Source of the DNA: Minisyncoccota bacterium
GTDB taxonomy: Bacteria; Patescibacteriota; Minisyncoccia; Phycocordibacterales; Phycocordibacteraceae
NCBI GenBank assembly: GCA_035627595.1
Contig: DASPLK010000005.1
Location: forward strand, 69,513 to 133,512
DNA length: 64,000 nucleotides
Direction: 5' to 3'
The notes beneath the pieces were generated by a model, which saw only the letters and a list, made by a program, of their open reading frames with translations, was not told where the DNA came from and made no database searches. Both the position numbers and the translations under genes were made by a program. Positions 24,877-37,640 of the stretch are shown here, one piece after another. Within the stretch, counting starts at the first letter, position 1. Each line of letters opens with the position of its first letter.

Positions 24877-26316
24877 CTAGTATAACGCTTCGCCGGTGAC
24901 GTCTGCGCTGATTCTAAACAGATGCTCTTCCGCGCCTTTAGGTGCAGTGAAGTGAATACCTGTCGGAAGCGCTACGCCATCGCGCTCAACCATACCCATT
25001 GGGACTGAGATTGCGGGCATGCCGGTGAGATCCGCAGTCACCGTAAAGATATCTTCGAGATACATGGAGACTGGATCTGACTTCTCACCGAACTTAAACG
25101 CGGGCGACGGTGTCGTGGGAAACGCGATGACATCTACGGTTGTAAATGCGTCATCATATTCCTTTGTAAGGAGCGCGCGTGCTGCATCAGCCTTTCTATA
25201 GTACGCATCGATATACCCTGAGGAGAGCACGAATGTGCCGAGAAGAATGCGGCGGGTCGGCTCAGAGCCGAACCCTTCGGTCCGCGAATTGACATAGCTA
25301 CCAAGAAGATCCTCCCCCTCTATGTGCGTGCCGTAGCGCACACCATCGAAGCGCGCGAGATTCGCGGATGCTTCTGCGGGCTGTATCACGTAGTAGACCG
25401 GGAGCGCATACTTACTCGTCGGTAGCGATACATCGACGACGGTGTGCCCTTTGGCTTTAAGCGTCTCGAGTGTCTCCATAAAGCGCGCTTTAAGATCTTC
25501 GTCTATGCCCTCTTCAAGTAGATGGTACGGGACGCCGATGACCATGCGCTCCCCTACTTCACGGAATGGATACGTAAAATCTGCCGGGATACTGGTTGCA
25601 TCCATAGGGTCGTTGCCCGAAAGCGTATCGTGTATCGCCTTTGTATCTGCAACTGATTTTGCAAGCGGACCCACCTGATCAAGTGATGAGCCGAGCGCAA
25701 TAATGCCGTATCGGGAAACCGCGCCATACGTAGGCTTTAGGCCGACCAAGCCCGTATGTGCAGCAGGCTGACGGATAGATCCGCCGGTATCGGTGCCAAG
25801 TCCGATGATCGCCAAGTGCGCGGCAACTGCTGACGCCGAGCCACCAGAAGAGCCGCCTGGTACGCGCGTTGTATCAATTGGATTTTTTGTAGGGCCGTAT
25901 GCAGAGTTCTCAGTGGAGCTTCCCATTGCAAACTCATCCATATTCGTGCGCCCGACAAAGAGCGCGCCAGCAGCCTTAAGCTTCTTTGTTACCGTCGAAT
26001 CGTATACCGCTACATAATTCTGGAGCAGCTTTGAAGCGGCACTCGCTACACTTCCTTCAATAAGGATATTGTCCTTCATCGCAACCGGGATGCCGCAGAG
26101 AAGTGGCGCAGCATCTCCTTCGGTATCAATGCGCGCCTGGGCAGCCTGAATAGCTTCTTCGTCTGTATCAAATAGTTCAAGATATGCGTTTAGTTCCGCA
26201 TTCTTTTCTATAGCAGCGGTACGGGTTGCTTCCCAGAGCTCTCGCACAGAGAACGCTTTTGCGCGGAGACCGTTCGCTGCTTCGGTGAGCGTCAGTTCGT
26301 TTAGTGGCTTATTCAT
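24877..26316 (-). CDS. gatA: Glu/Asp-tRNA amidotransferase subunit A
   Basis: 479 aa; amidase signature GGSSGGSASAVAA; catalytic Ser-cisSer-Lys context. Confidence 0.95.
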   Translation of the reverse strand: MNKPLNELTLTEAANGLRAKAFSVRELWEATRTAAIEKNAELNAYLELFDTDEEAIQAAQARIDTEGDAAPLLCGIPVAMKDNILIEGSVASAASKLLQNYVAVYDSTVTKKLKAAGALFVGRTNMDEFAMGSSTENSAYGPTKNPIDTTRVPGGSSGGSASAVAAHLAIIGLGTDTGGSIRQPAAHTGLVGLKPTYGAVSRYGIIALGSSLDQVGPLAKSVADTKAIHDTLSGNDPMDATSIPADFTYPFREVGERMVIGVPYHLLEEGIDEDLKARFMETLETLKAKGHTVVDVSLPTSKYALPVYYVIQPAEASANLARFDGVRYGTHIEGEDLLGSYVNSRTEGFGSEPTRRILLGTFVLSSGYIDAYYRKADAARALLTKEYDDAFTTVDVIAFPTTPSPAFKFGEKSDPVSMYLEDIFTVTADLTGMPAISVPMGMVERDGVALPTGIHFTAPKGAEEHLFRISADVTGEALY

Positions 26317-26596
26317 GGGAGAGGATTTGCTTCACAGACAAGTAGTCACCTTCCGCGTCCGGGAACTGCTCTACCAGCTTTTTGGTCCACGTACCCTTTG
26401 GGGTAGGCTCACCATCTTTGCGCATAATATTCTCGTACGGCAGAAGCGGTTCGCCCTTCTGGACCGACAGCTCATCAAGCTGTCCGACGTATGCGAGTAT
26501 CTGGTCGAACTCAGTCGCAAACTTGGCGAGGCGTTCTTCCGGTACATCGATGCGTGCAAGCTCTGCGAGCTTTTTGACGTCGTCTGTTGTTGCCAT
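26309..26596 (-). CDS. gatC: Glu/Asp-tRNA amidotransferase subunit C
   Basis: 95 aa; directly upstream of and overlapping gatA; typical GatC size and sequence (VKKLAELARIDVPEE). Confidence 0.85.
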   Translation of the reverse strand: MATTDDVKKLAELARIDVPEERLAKFATEFDQILAYVGQLDELSVQKGEPLLPYENIMRKDGEPTPKGTWTKKLVEQFPDAEGDYLSVKQILSHE

Positions 26597-26608
26597 GTGG
26601 CAACTCTA

Positions 26609-29093
<2,485 letters not shown>

Positions 29094-29097
<4 letters not shown>

Positions 29098-29669
29098 ATC
29101 CAGTTAGTTAGTACGTCTGTTACCGTAACGTTATGCGTACCGCGGTACACCCAAGTAACAGTTGCAGTAATTTTGACTGCATTATTCCCGCTGCCTGCGA
29201 CCGGTTCGATGCGAATGTAGCGCACGTACGGAGTCTTTGTCCCAGTTACGACGTGCGTATAAAAGAGATTTGATGAGCTAAGGTACAGGGGCCGCTCATA
29301 GCACGGCGGCTGCCCGCTTGGCGGGTTTCCGTTACATTGCTGTACCGCTAGGTTTACTTCACTTCCCCGCGTTACATCAACCGAACACGGCGCCGATATG
29401 CAGTTGCGTTCTCCTGTGCCGCCATCAAGACCGTAGAGCCAGCTCGCACCAGTCCTGCCAGCAAGGTAATTGTTGTCGCGCACGCCGCGCACATACTCAA
29501 CCGCCTCCTGCGCAAGCGCTGAAGCAATGAGGTCGTCACGCGCAGAAAAGGTCGCCGTAAGGGAGCGTTGGATTGCGTAGTACGGCAGGATGATTGTCAT
29601 CGTCAGCAAAAGCACTGCAACTAGTGTTTCGACGAGGGTGAAGCCGGATGGTGTAGATGTCATACGCAT
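29094..29669 (-). CDS. prepilin-type pseudopilin (minor pilin)
   Basis: 191 aa; G|FTLVETLVAVLLL prepilin N-methylation motif. Confidence 0.7.
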
Positions 29670-30254
29670 TTATAAAGGTAGCTCCAACAGGCGCTGCGTC
29701 GCCATAGTCTGAATGGTAAACGATACCGGCGGCTGGTCCGGCTCGGGGCGCATAGTGCCCTGGATGCTGATCAGAACCTGCGGCTGCGCGAAATTAACCT
29801 CCGGATCTCCAGCATCTGCGCCTACGCCCTGCACATAGAACTTCAAGTTTTGTATGGTGATGCGCTTATCAGTGAGATCAATCGCTTGAGAGTCACTGCA
29901 TTCCGCGACCGTACACCTTCCGAGCGAGCCATTCTCCTTCAGCAAATACGTGATAAGTCGGCCCTGATCATCCCTAAACGAAAACCGATCAAGCCCGCTA
30001 GGCCAGCAATTTCCCTGCACCAGATCTCCGCCGCACATGTAATCAGTGCCGGTGCGAATGGAGCGGCTCATACTGTCGATGGCGAACGAAAGGTTTGTTG
30101 TCACGTCATTGGTATAGCGTGCAACACGCTCCAGACTCATGAACTTAAGAAATGCACCGGTCGCAAGTAACATCACGAGGCTGAACAGGCCGATGGCGAC
30201 CATCATCTCAAGAAGCGAGTATCCGCGATGTGTCGGTTCGTATCTCATGGACAA
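29670..30254 (-). CDS. prepilin-type pseudopilin (minor pilin)
   Basis: 194 aa; G|YSLLEMMVAIGLFSLV prepilin motif. Confidence 0.7.
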   Translation of the reverse strand: MSMRYEPTHRGYSLLEMMVAIGLFSLVMLLATGAFLKFMSLERVARYTNDVTTNLSFAIDSMSRSIRTGTDYMCGGDLVQGNCWPSGLDRFSFRDDQGRLITYLLKENGSLGRCTVAECSDSQAIDLTDKRITIQNLKFYVQGVGADAGDPEVNFAQPQVLISIQGTMRPEPDQPPVSFTIQTMATQRLLELPL

Positions 30255-30943
30255 GTTGTGAAGCTAGCCGCTGGACAGGTCTGCGGCACGGACACCTGCC
30301 CCACTTGCGATACGACAATACATTTCATATTTGCGACCGTTCCGCTTGGGGGCGCTATCCATATGACTGCACACTTAAGAGGCGCCGCGGCATTAGTCGT
30401 AGTAATCATAGTCATGATCGCCTCGGTATTGGGTCGCAAGAACGTTATGTTCATGGAGGTCCAAGATGAATGAGAACCGCAAACGCGCGAATTGTTTGAG
30501 GTACGGAGCCCGCAAAAGTCATGGATGCGGAATCCTTTGTTGAGGTTAAAGGTAGTGAGAATTTCCGACACACTATCATAAAGACAGTTGCCTGGCTTGG
30601 CTTCAGGCGTATTCACGGTACCGGTCGGACATCCGCTATAGGCAGGCGTTGATTGGATATCAGCGAAGATACGGTACTGGGCAGTGAGCGTATCTTGAAA
30701 ATTAATTCCGTATCCGGCGTTCTGAACACCGCTAAAGTTTCGGCTTGATAGACCGAGTGATTGCGCCTCACGTATAGATAGTGCCACTGTGTATGCAGTG
30801 TTGGTGATGATCAAGGAGCGATTGTAGTTCGTTTGGCTCGTTATCGTAATGGTCGTGATTATGATGATGATCACGAGAACCACGATAAGCTCCACAAGCG
30901 TGAAGCCGCGCGCTACAGCATTAGTATGTCGAGGGGATTCCAT
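30245..30943 (-). CDS. prepilin-type pseudopilin (minor pilin)
   Basis: 232 aa; G|FTLVELIVVLVII prepilin motif. Confidence 0.7.
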   Translation of the reverse strand: MESPRHTNAVARGFTLVELIVVLVIIIIITTITITSQTNYNRSLIITNTAYTVALSIREAQSLGLSSRNFSGVQNAGYGINFQDTLTAQYRIFADIQSTPAYSGCPTGTVNTPEAKPGNCLYDSVSEILTTFNLNKGFRIHDFCGLRTSNNSRVCGSHSSWTSMNITFLRPNTEAIMTMITTTNAAAPLKCAVIWIAPPSGTVANMKCIVVSQVGQVSVPQTCPAASFTTCP

Positions 30944-31671
30944 GAAAAGAAGAAAGCGAGGAGGTAGCCAATGGCGAGAAACGGTACGAACGGCACCTCT
31001 ATACCCATTCTAGGCCCCCCACGGCGCAATACCAATATGAGGATGCCGATAACCGCACCTATCCAAAACGAGAGCAGGAGCCCACCATACGCATAGGGCG
31101 CGCACATAAGCGACAGCGCAAGCGCAATCGGACTGTCTCCAAGACCCATTGCCCGCCCCTTTGAGAGTGCGTAGAGCAGGAAGAATCCGAGTCCGATGAG
31201 TCCTGCGATCATGACCGTTATGCCAAGATCATCAAGGGAATCAGCGCGCAGCACCGCAATCAATGCACCAAGCGCCATCAGGGCATTCGATGCAATGGTG
31301 GGCACGACCGTGTGCCGAAGATCGTACACGACAATGAATGCAAGTACGGCAAGCGCTATGAGGAACACCGGCAACACGATTGTGAGCCCAAGCACGAGAT
31401 ATGCCGCAAAAAATGTTAGCGCGAGCGTACCCTCAAGAAAGAGATACGCTGCTGGCACCCGCGAGCCGCATCCCCTACAGGTGCCGCGCGTAGCTAGGTA
31501 CGAAACAATGGGGACGAGATCAGCAGGCGTAAGGAAGCGCGCACAGGAATTGCAGCGCGAGCGCCCAGTTAAAAATGACTGCCCGGTATATGCACGTTCA
31601 GCAACTACGCCGACAAAGCTGCCGAGTATCGCCCCAAGACATGCGAGCGAGATGGCGATGACGAGCTCCAT
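30913..31671 (-). CDS. pilD: prepilin peptidase (A24 family)
   Basis: 252 aa; N-terminal CxxC...CxxC zinc motif (CNSCARF...CRGCGSR); polytopic membrane protein. Confidence 0.85.
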   Translation of the reverse strand: MELVIAISLACLGAILGSFVGVVAERAYTGQSFLTGRSRCNSCARFLTPADLVPIVSYLATRGTCRGCGSRVPAAYLFLEGTLALTFFAAYLVLGLTIVLPVFLIALAVLAFIVVYDLRHTVVPTIASNALMALGALIAVLRADSLDDLGITVMIAGLIGLGFFLLYALSKGRAMGLGDSPIALALSLMCAPYAYGGLLLSFWIGAVIGILILVLRRGGPRMGIEVPFVPFLAIGYLLAFFFSWNPLDILML

Positions 31672-31676
31672 GAACG

Positions 31677-32168
31677 CTACTGGCAGGACACGTCACTTGC
31701 CGCAAGCTTGTTGAGTGTCGCGGTGACTGTCACACCGTCTGAATCAATACAGAAGTAGTGCGCAGTTCCAGAGGGAGGTGGTGACTTAAGGGGCGCCTGC
31801 ACTGCCCATTTTGCAGACGTTGAATGACAGGTGACCTTGTTCGTTGCGCCCCCATCAGTATAATCCGCGTCGTATACGTAGCCGTGCTTCTGCGCGAGTA
31901 TGATGCCCATGTCATACATGGACTTTGTACCGTTGGCGACCGTATCAAGACAGACGTTCGTATAACTTCCCCCGTTCGCGTCGACATAAAGCTCAACCTG
32001 ACGTCTCATCTGCCCAAGAGAACGTTTGATGTCGGCATCGGCTCCCTTGGTACGGGCAGAATTGAGCGCGACGAGAACCGTTGCGGAGAGTATGCCGATA
32101 ATAGCGATAACAACGAGGAGCTCGATGAGCGTGAAGCCGTAACGGGTATCGCGTTGTGGAGTGTACAT
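31677..32168 (-). CDS. pilA: type IV pilin
   Basis: Leader MYTPQRDTRYG|FTLIELLVVIAIIGILSA; C-terminal Cys pair; ORF track extends to 32234 but the short leader start is preferred. Confidence 0.8.
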   Translation of the reverse strand: MYTPQRDTRYGFTLIELLVVIAIIGILSATVLVALNSARTKGADADIKRSLGQMRRQVELYVDANGGSYTNVCLDTVANGTKSMYDMGIILAQKHGYVYDADYTDGGATNKVTCHSTSAKWAVQAPLKSPPPSGTAHYFCIDSDGVTVTATLNKLAASDVSCQ

Positions 32169-32293
32169 AGATGAAAATGGCCTGAGCCCTATAGAGCTAT
32201 TGTAACAGGTACGCATCGATGCTCCTCCCGTCATTGTTCACAGCAAAACGCGCGGGAGGTCCCGCGCGTTTTGTGAAGTGGAGAGATGTGAGA

Positions 32294-32788
32294 CTAGCTC
32301 GGGCAACCGCCTGTTGTGCCGGAGATTGCAGTCGGAACTGTAGCAGTTGTGGTCGCACGGCCGAAGCTGTCGACACAGTAGTACCGCTGACCGTTAGTCG
32401 TGTCCTTAAGCGGAGCGTAGACCATGAAGGCAGAGTTGGTGCCGGTCGTTACCTGGCAGAACACGGAAGGACCGCCAAGCGTACTCGTTGCGTTCTGGAT
32501 CGCGCTCTTGATCGTCGCATTTGCGAACATGTTGCCCGTCGCCGACAAGTTACAGTTGGTGAGGGTGTGCGCCGTCGTACCGTATGCGTTGTTGTTGTCG
32601 TCGTAGTAGAGCTCAGCCTGCGTCTGGATAGTCGCAAGGTTAGACTTCACTGCCGCATCAACACCCTTCGTGCGCGCCGAGTTAAGGGACGCAAGAACAA
32701 CTGCGGAAAGAATACCGATAATAGCGATAACAACGAGGAGCTCGATGAGCGTGAAGCCTCTATGTCCGCGTGTAGGTGCAAGATTCAT
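32294..32788 (-). CDS. pilA: type IV pilin (second tandem copy)
   Basis: Leader MNLAPTRGHRG|FTLIELLVVIAIIGILSA; C-terminal Cys pair. Confidence 0.85.
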   Translation of the reverse strand: MNLAPTRGHRGFTLIELLVVIAIIGILSAVVLASLNSARTKGVDAAVKSNLATIQTQAELYYDDNNNAYGTTAHTLTNCNLSATGNMFANATIKSAIQNATSTLGGPSVFCQVTTGTNSAFMVYAPLKDTTNGQRYYCVDSFGRATTTATVPTAISGTTGGCPS

Positions 32789-32884
32789 AGTAATGAAGGT
32801 CTGGTTAAGGCGGCTTTTGGGTAATATCCGCTCTACGTATTGTACGAGAGAAACGCTAACGGCCTAATCCCTGTGTGGATAACG

Positions 32885-34093
32885 CTAGCCGATGGCGCCT
32901 GCAAGGTTGTAGATAGGCACCATCACTGACGCAAGAAGAGAGCCCACTCCAAGACCAAGAAGCACGATCATGAGTGGTTCGATGAGATCCACGAGGGTGT
33001 CCACCGCTGTCGTCACCTCGCGCTGATAGAACTTCGCGAGCGTCGAGAGAATGCTGCCTAGCTCTCCCGTCTCCTCACCCACTCTGATCATGGCAATCAT
33101 GATGCCCGGCATTTCAGGATGAAGCGCAAGCGCTTCTGAGATTGAGCTGCCTCCCTTCACTGCCTCGCTCGTCTCCATGAGGATCTTCTCGTACACGGGA
33201 CTTCCCACAACATTTGCGGTGATATCGATCGCCTCGACGACCGCGACGCCTGAGACAAGCATGGTCGAGAAGTTGTCTGCGATGCGCGAGAGATAGAGCT
33301 TCTGGTACAGGTTGCCCATGTACGGGATGTGGAGCCGCAATGTGTCAAAGAAGAGTGCACCGCCCTTGGTTCTGCCATGCCGCCAAGCAAGGAATCCGCC
33401 GATAATAAGCGCGAGCAAGATGAAGAACCCGTATTCAACTAGGAATTGCGAAAGTCCAATGACAATCCTCGTGTAGATCGGAATCTCCTGCCCCGACTCA
33501 AGGAGGATGGCGGAGATCTTTGGAATCACCATCGTGAGCATCATTGCCATGACGACTACGAACACGCTGATGACGAATGCTGGGTAGATGAGTGCGTTCT
33601 TCGCCTTAGAGACGACCTCATACGTGCGGTCGAGGTAGTCAGCTAGATAGCCGAAAGTCTCCGAGAGCTTTCCGGACTCCTCACCCGCCTGCACCATGTT
33701 CACATAGAAAGAGCTGAAGGCTTTCGGGTGTCGCGCGAGCGCTTTAGAGATCGGACTTCCTCCCTGAAGGTCATCGGCGACCTGGGTCATGATCTCGGAA
33801 AGGTACTTATTGTCGACCTCGCTTGCGAGAAGGCGGAAGACGCGAAGTGCCGAAACCTGAGCCTCGAACAAAGTAGCGATCTGTCGAGAGAGGATCACCA
33901 CATCCTTGTTGGATACACGCTTGAATACGCCGAGATCGACCTCGAGAACCGACTTCTTGTTCAAAGGTTCTATTGCCGAGACGATAAGGTTGCGGCGCTG
34001 GAGCGTGGAGACGGCAACGTCCATCGAGAGAGCCTCGATTGTTCCTTGCTTCTCGTGTCCATCCCTATCCAGTGCGCGGTATGAGAAAAGCAT
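32885..34093 (-). CDS. pilC: type IV pilus assembly platform protein PilC (GspF family)
   Basis: 402 aa; duplicated T2SSF domains, three TM helices. Confidence 0.9.
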   Translation of the reverse strand: MLFSYRALDRDGHEKQGTIEALSMDVAVSTLQRRNLIVSAIEPLNKKSVLEVDLGVFKRVSNKDVVILSRQIATLFEAQVSALRVFRLLASEVDNKYLSEIMTQVADDLQGGSPISKALARHPKAFSSFYVNMVQAGEESGKLSETFGYLADYLDRTYEVVSKAKNALIYPAFVISVFVVVMAMMLTMVIPKISAILLESGQEIPIYTRIVIGLSQFLVEYGFFILLALIIGGFLAWRHGRTKGGALFFDTLRLHIPYMGNLYQKLYLSRIADNFSTMLVSGVAVVEAIDITANVVGSPVYEKILMETSEAVKGGSSISEALALHPEMPGIMIAMIRVGEETGELGSILSTLAKFYQREVTTAVDTLVDLIEPLMIVLLGLGVGSLLASVMVPIYNLAGAIG

Positions 34094-34096
34094 AAG

Positions 34097-35158
34097 CTAG
34101 ATGTAGCGTTCGAAGGTCTTTGGATCTGATGCGCGCTCGTACGCATGCTCGATGGTAACCTCGCCGCGCCGGACAAGCTCGGCAAGCGAGCGATCCATAT
34201 CGATCATGCCGTCCTGTGAACTCGTCTGGACCACGGTCGTGATCTCATGCGTGCGCCCTTCGCGGATGAGGTTCGCGATAGCGCTGTTATTTATGAGAAG
34301 TTCGTACGCCGGAATCTGACCGCCTGCGATTCTAGGTACCAGGCGCTGTGAGAAAATGCCGGCAAGCGAGCCCGCCAACTGTACGCGCACCTGATCCTGC
34401 TGGTTCGGTGGGAACATGTCGATGATACGGTCGATGGTCTGCGCTGCATTGTTGGTATGGAGCGTAGAAAGAACCAAGTGGCCAGTCTCAGCCGCAGTCA
34501 CCGCTGACGAGATAGTTTCTTGATCGCGCATCTCGCCGACCATGATGACGTTGACATCCTCGCGGAACGCGGCTTTCAAAGCTTGTGGGAAATCAGGCGC
34601 ATCTATACGAACCTCGCGCTGGTGAATAAGTGATTTCTTCTGCTCGAACAGATACTCCACCGGGTCCTCAATCGTGACGATGTGCTCGGCACGCGTCTCA
34701 TTGATGCGGTCGATAAGAGCCGCAAGCGTAGTTGATTTCCCCTGCCCTACCGGACCCACAACGAGGAAGAACCCCTGTGTCTTTTGAGAAAAGACCTCGA
34801 GGATGGGCGGGAGGTTTAGAGATGCGAAAGTACGAATCTCATGCGGAATGAGGCGCAGGGCGATTGTAATCGTGCCCTGTACCTGGTATCCGTTAACGCG
34901 GAAGCGCGCCTTGTCAGAGTGCGCGAATGAAAAGTCGATCGCACGATTTATGGAGAATGAATCCCAGATCTCCTTTGGGGCCATTTGCTTAAGCATCGCC
35001 TCTGTGTCAGAAGGGGTAAGCACAGGGTGCTGCAGCAACGGGACCAGTGAGCCTGATACGCGAATGATGGGCGGCGACCCGACAGAGATGTGGAGATCGG
35101 ATCCCCCCTCATTCACAACGACGTCCAAGAGCTCAGTAATGGAGGGCGTGGCGCTCAT
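34097..35158 (-). CDS. pilT: twitching motility retraction ATPase PilT
   Basis: 353 aa; Walker A GPVGQGKST; His box; PilT-type AIRNLIRE-like motif (AIANLIREG). Confidence 0.9.
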   Translation of the reverse strand: MSATPSITELLDVVVNEGGSDLHISVGSPPIIRVSGSLVPLLQHPVLTPSDTEAMLKQMAPKEIWDSFSINRAIDFSFAHSDKARFRVNGYQVQGTITIALRLIPHEIRTFASLNLPPILEVFSQKTQGFFLVVGPVGQGKSTTLAALIDRINETRAEHIVTIEDPVEYLFEQKKSLIHQREVRIDAPDFPQALKAAFREDVNVIMVGEMRDQETISSAVTAAETGHLVLSTLHTNNAAQTIDRIIDMFPPNQQDQVRVQLAGSLAGIFSQRLVPRIAGGQIPAYELLINNSAIANLIREGRTHEITTVVQTSSQDGMIDMDRSLAELVRRGEVTIEHAYERASDPKTFERYI

Positions 35159-35538
35159 ACGGGCTTCTCAATTATAGAAATGGTCTCCGAATAGACCTCG
35201 GAGGGGATGGCGGATGCTTTTATTATGTAACCGGCGGCACCGAGCTCCTTTGCGCGCTCTATATCACTCTCCTGCCCCTGGTTGGAGAGAATAATGACTT
35301 TCGTTCCCTGCGCGAGGTTTTCCTTACGCACTTCGGCAAGTATTTCAAAGCCGTCCATCTCTGGCATGACGATATCAAGCAGCATAGCGTCAGGCGCTGG
35401 ATTTTCCTTGAGCGCCGCAAGGAGCTCCTTGCCCTGGGTGAATGCGGTTACTTCGTGTCCTTGTGTGCGGAATTTGACCGCGTACATATCAAGAAGGAAC
35501 CGGTCGTCGTCAATGAGATAGATGCGGTACGTGGCCAT
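35155..35538 (-). CDS. CheY-like response regulator receiver protein (stand-alone)
   Basis: 127 aa; DD...D(MPEMDG)...K receiver signature; embedded between pilB and pilT. Confidence 0.85.
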   Translation of the reverse strand: MATYRIYLIDDDRFLLDMYAVKFRTQGHEVTAFTQGKELLAALKENPAPDAMLLDIVMPEMDGFEILAEVRKENLAQGTKVIILSNQGQESDIERAKELGAAGYIIKASAIPSEVYSETISIIEKPV

Positions 35539-35541
35539 GGT

Positions 35542-37311
35542 CTATGATGCAGTTTCTTCAATAGGCGCGCTTGCTTCCTCGTCTTCGAGGAGCTCGCCAC
35601 CAAGCGTCTGGACCTCTTCAAACGGGATCTCGCCAGCGAGTGCTTTCATGATAGCATCCTCACGCATGGTGAGCATGCCCTGTGCACGCGCAGCTGCATA
35701 CACTTTCTCCTCTACCGGCTCAGTAAGTATGACGTGCTCAAGCTCGTCCGTAATACGCAAGATTTCAAAAACGCCAAGACGTCCGCGTGTGCCGTTTGGA
35801 CAGTCCGGCGTTGAGGATGCGTGATACACCTTCTCAAACTGCGGCAATTTACCCCGGTGCTCTTCCGGAAGATCCGCGAACTCTTTCTCAAGGTATACCC
35901 TAATACTCTCGGAAACTGGCTCAGGGCTACCTGCGCCCGGGCAAAGTTTCCTCACAAGACGCTGGCCGATCGCAGCAATCAAGGTCGGGGCGATCAGGTA
36001 CGGATCGACACCCATATCAACGAGACGCGGAATGACACCGGCTGCGGTGTTGGTATGGATCGTAGAGAACACGAGGTGACCGGTAAGCGCTGCCTGAATA
36101 GCAAGCTGCGCGGTCTCCTTATCGCGAATCTCACCGACCATGATGACGTCCGGGTCCTGACGGAGGATGGAGCGGAGACCGGAGGCGAACGTATATCCAA
36201 TCTCTGGGAAAACCTGACTCTGGGCGACGCCCGGGATCTCGTACTCGACCGGGTCTTCGACTGAGACCACGTTCATGGTCTCACGGTCTACTTCAGAAAG
36301 CATCGAGAACAGTGTCGTCGACTTACCCGAACCGGTTGGTCCTGAGATTAGAATGATGCCGTAGGGCTGACGGATGATCTCACGGATCTGTTCGAGATCT
36401 CGCTCAGCGAGGCCAATGGTTTCCAAAGAGGCAATGGCGCGCGAACGGTCGAGAATACGCATCACAACCTTTTCACCACTATGCGTTGGAAAGGTTGAAA
36501 CGCGGAAGTCGATACGCTTCCCTTCCACGGTCGCCGAGAAGCGTCCGTCTTGTGGCTTTCGCTTTTCATCAAGACGTATCTTCGAGAGGATCTTGATACG
36601 CGCGACGACTGCCTGATGCACTTTAGCCGGCAGCTCCAAGGATGTATGCAAATCGCCGTCCATGCGGAAACGGACCTTGGTCTTCTCAGGTGTCGGCTCG
36701 ATATGAATATCGGATGCGCCGCCCTCGACCGCGTACCGAAGCACGGTCGCAACGATCTTCGTCACCGGCGCATCCGCCTTTATGGTAGTTGCAGAATCCC
36801 CGTCCTCACTTTTCTCTGCCTCTGCTTTCGCGGCAACACCGACCGCTGACTTATCAAGCTCGGAAAGTGCTTCGTCAACGACGCCGGTAAAGCTCTCGTA
36901 TTCATCAAGAACGCGTTTCAAGTCCGCTTGAGAGATGAGGAAGAGCTTGTACGGCATCCCAACCCTCGAGGAAATGAACTGGAGCGCATCTTGAGCCTCG
37001 ATGTTATCAGGGTCAATGACACCAACCTCTAGCGCGCCATCTTTCACCGCAATTGGCACGAACTTGTAGTGCTTTGCAGATTCCTCCGGGATGAACTGTA
37101 TTGCTTCTTTATCAACTGGACTGGTTGCAGGCAGCATTCTGTACGGCATGCGGTAATGCTCGCCAAGAGCCTTCATCATGTCCTCTTCCGTGACGCCGTG
37201 CCGCTCAAGGACCGCCTCAAGCTCGGAACCGCCTTTCACCTCGCCCTCAATAGCAGCAAGGTCTTCGGGCTTTATTATTTCCCGCTCTTTAAGTATGGAG
37301 AGAACGTCCAT
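35542..37311 (-). CDS. pilB: type IV pilus assembly ATPase PilB (GspE family)
   Basis: 589 aa; N-terminal T2SSE_N domain; Walker A GPTGSGKST; tetracysteine-like region. Confidence 0.9.
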   Translation of the reverse strand: MDVLSILKEREIIKPEDLAAIEGEVKGGSELEAVLERHGVTEEDMMKALGEHYRMPYRMLPATSPVDKEAIQFIPEESAKHYKFVPIAVKDGALEVGVIDPDNIEAQDALQFISSRVGMPYKLFLISQADLKRVLDEYESFTGVVDEALSELDKSAVGVAAKAEAEKSEDGDSATTIKADAPVTKIVATVLRYAVEGGASDIHIEPTPEKTKVRFRMDGDLHTSLELPAKVHQAVVARIKILSKIRLDEKRKPQDGRFSATVEGKRIDFRVSTFPTHSGEKVVMRILDRSRAIASLETIGLAERDLEQIREIIRQPYGIILISGPTGSGKSTTLFSMLSEVDRETMNVVSVEDPVEYEIPGVAQSQVFPEIGYTFASGLRSILRQDPDVIMVGEIRDKETAQLAIQAALTGHLVFSTIHTNTAAGVIPRLVDMGVDPYLIAPTLIAAIGQRLVRKLCPGAGSPEPVSESIRVYLEKEFADLPEEHRGKLPQFEKVYHASSTPDCPNGTRGRLGVFEILRITDELEHVILTEPVEEKVYAAARAQGMLTMREDAIMKALAGEIPFEEVQTLGGELLEDEEASAPIEETAS

Positions 37312-37316
37312 GCGGC

Positions 37317-37637
37317 CTACTGGGTCGGGACAATGCCCGAAAGGTTTGCGAACGGATCCTTGCGGCCGACCTGCTCTGGGACGACCACGACGCGGATATC
37401 GACCAAGGTGAGGAACCGCGGATCGCTGAAGAATGCTTCGTCGAACCTGATGGCATCGATTTGAGACGCGAGGTTCATAAAGAGCGCCTCATCGACGTTC
37501 GACATCCCGACCTCTTCGGTGAGTATTTCCTCATCGCTCGGGACGGATGAGGTCGCATTGTAGATGACCACGCCCGAGACCACGGCGACAGCGCCGAGGA
37601 TGAGAAGAAGGATGGTTGTGGTCTTGGTAAGTTTCAT
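37317..37637 (-). CDS. hypothetical membrane-anchored protein (possible PilP-like)
   Basis: 106 aa; signal-anchor; position between pilO and pilB. Confidence 0.3.
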   Translation of the reverse strand: MKLTKTTTILLLILGAVAVVSGVVIYNATSSVPSDEEILTEEVGMSNVDEALFMNLASQIDAIRFDEAFFSDPRFLTLVDIRVVVVPEQVGRKDPFANLSGIVPTQ

Positions 37638-37640
37638 ACG

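Noticed and set aside
36374-36849. Short plus-strand ORFs within pilB
   Set aside because: They are antisense to the PilB ATPase domain and carry no signals.
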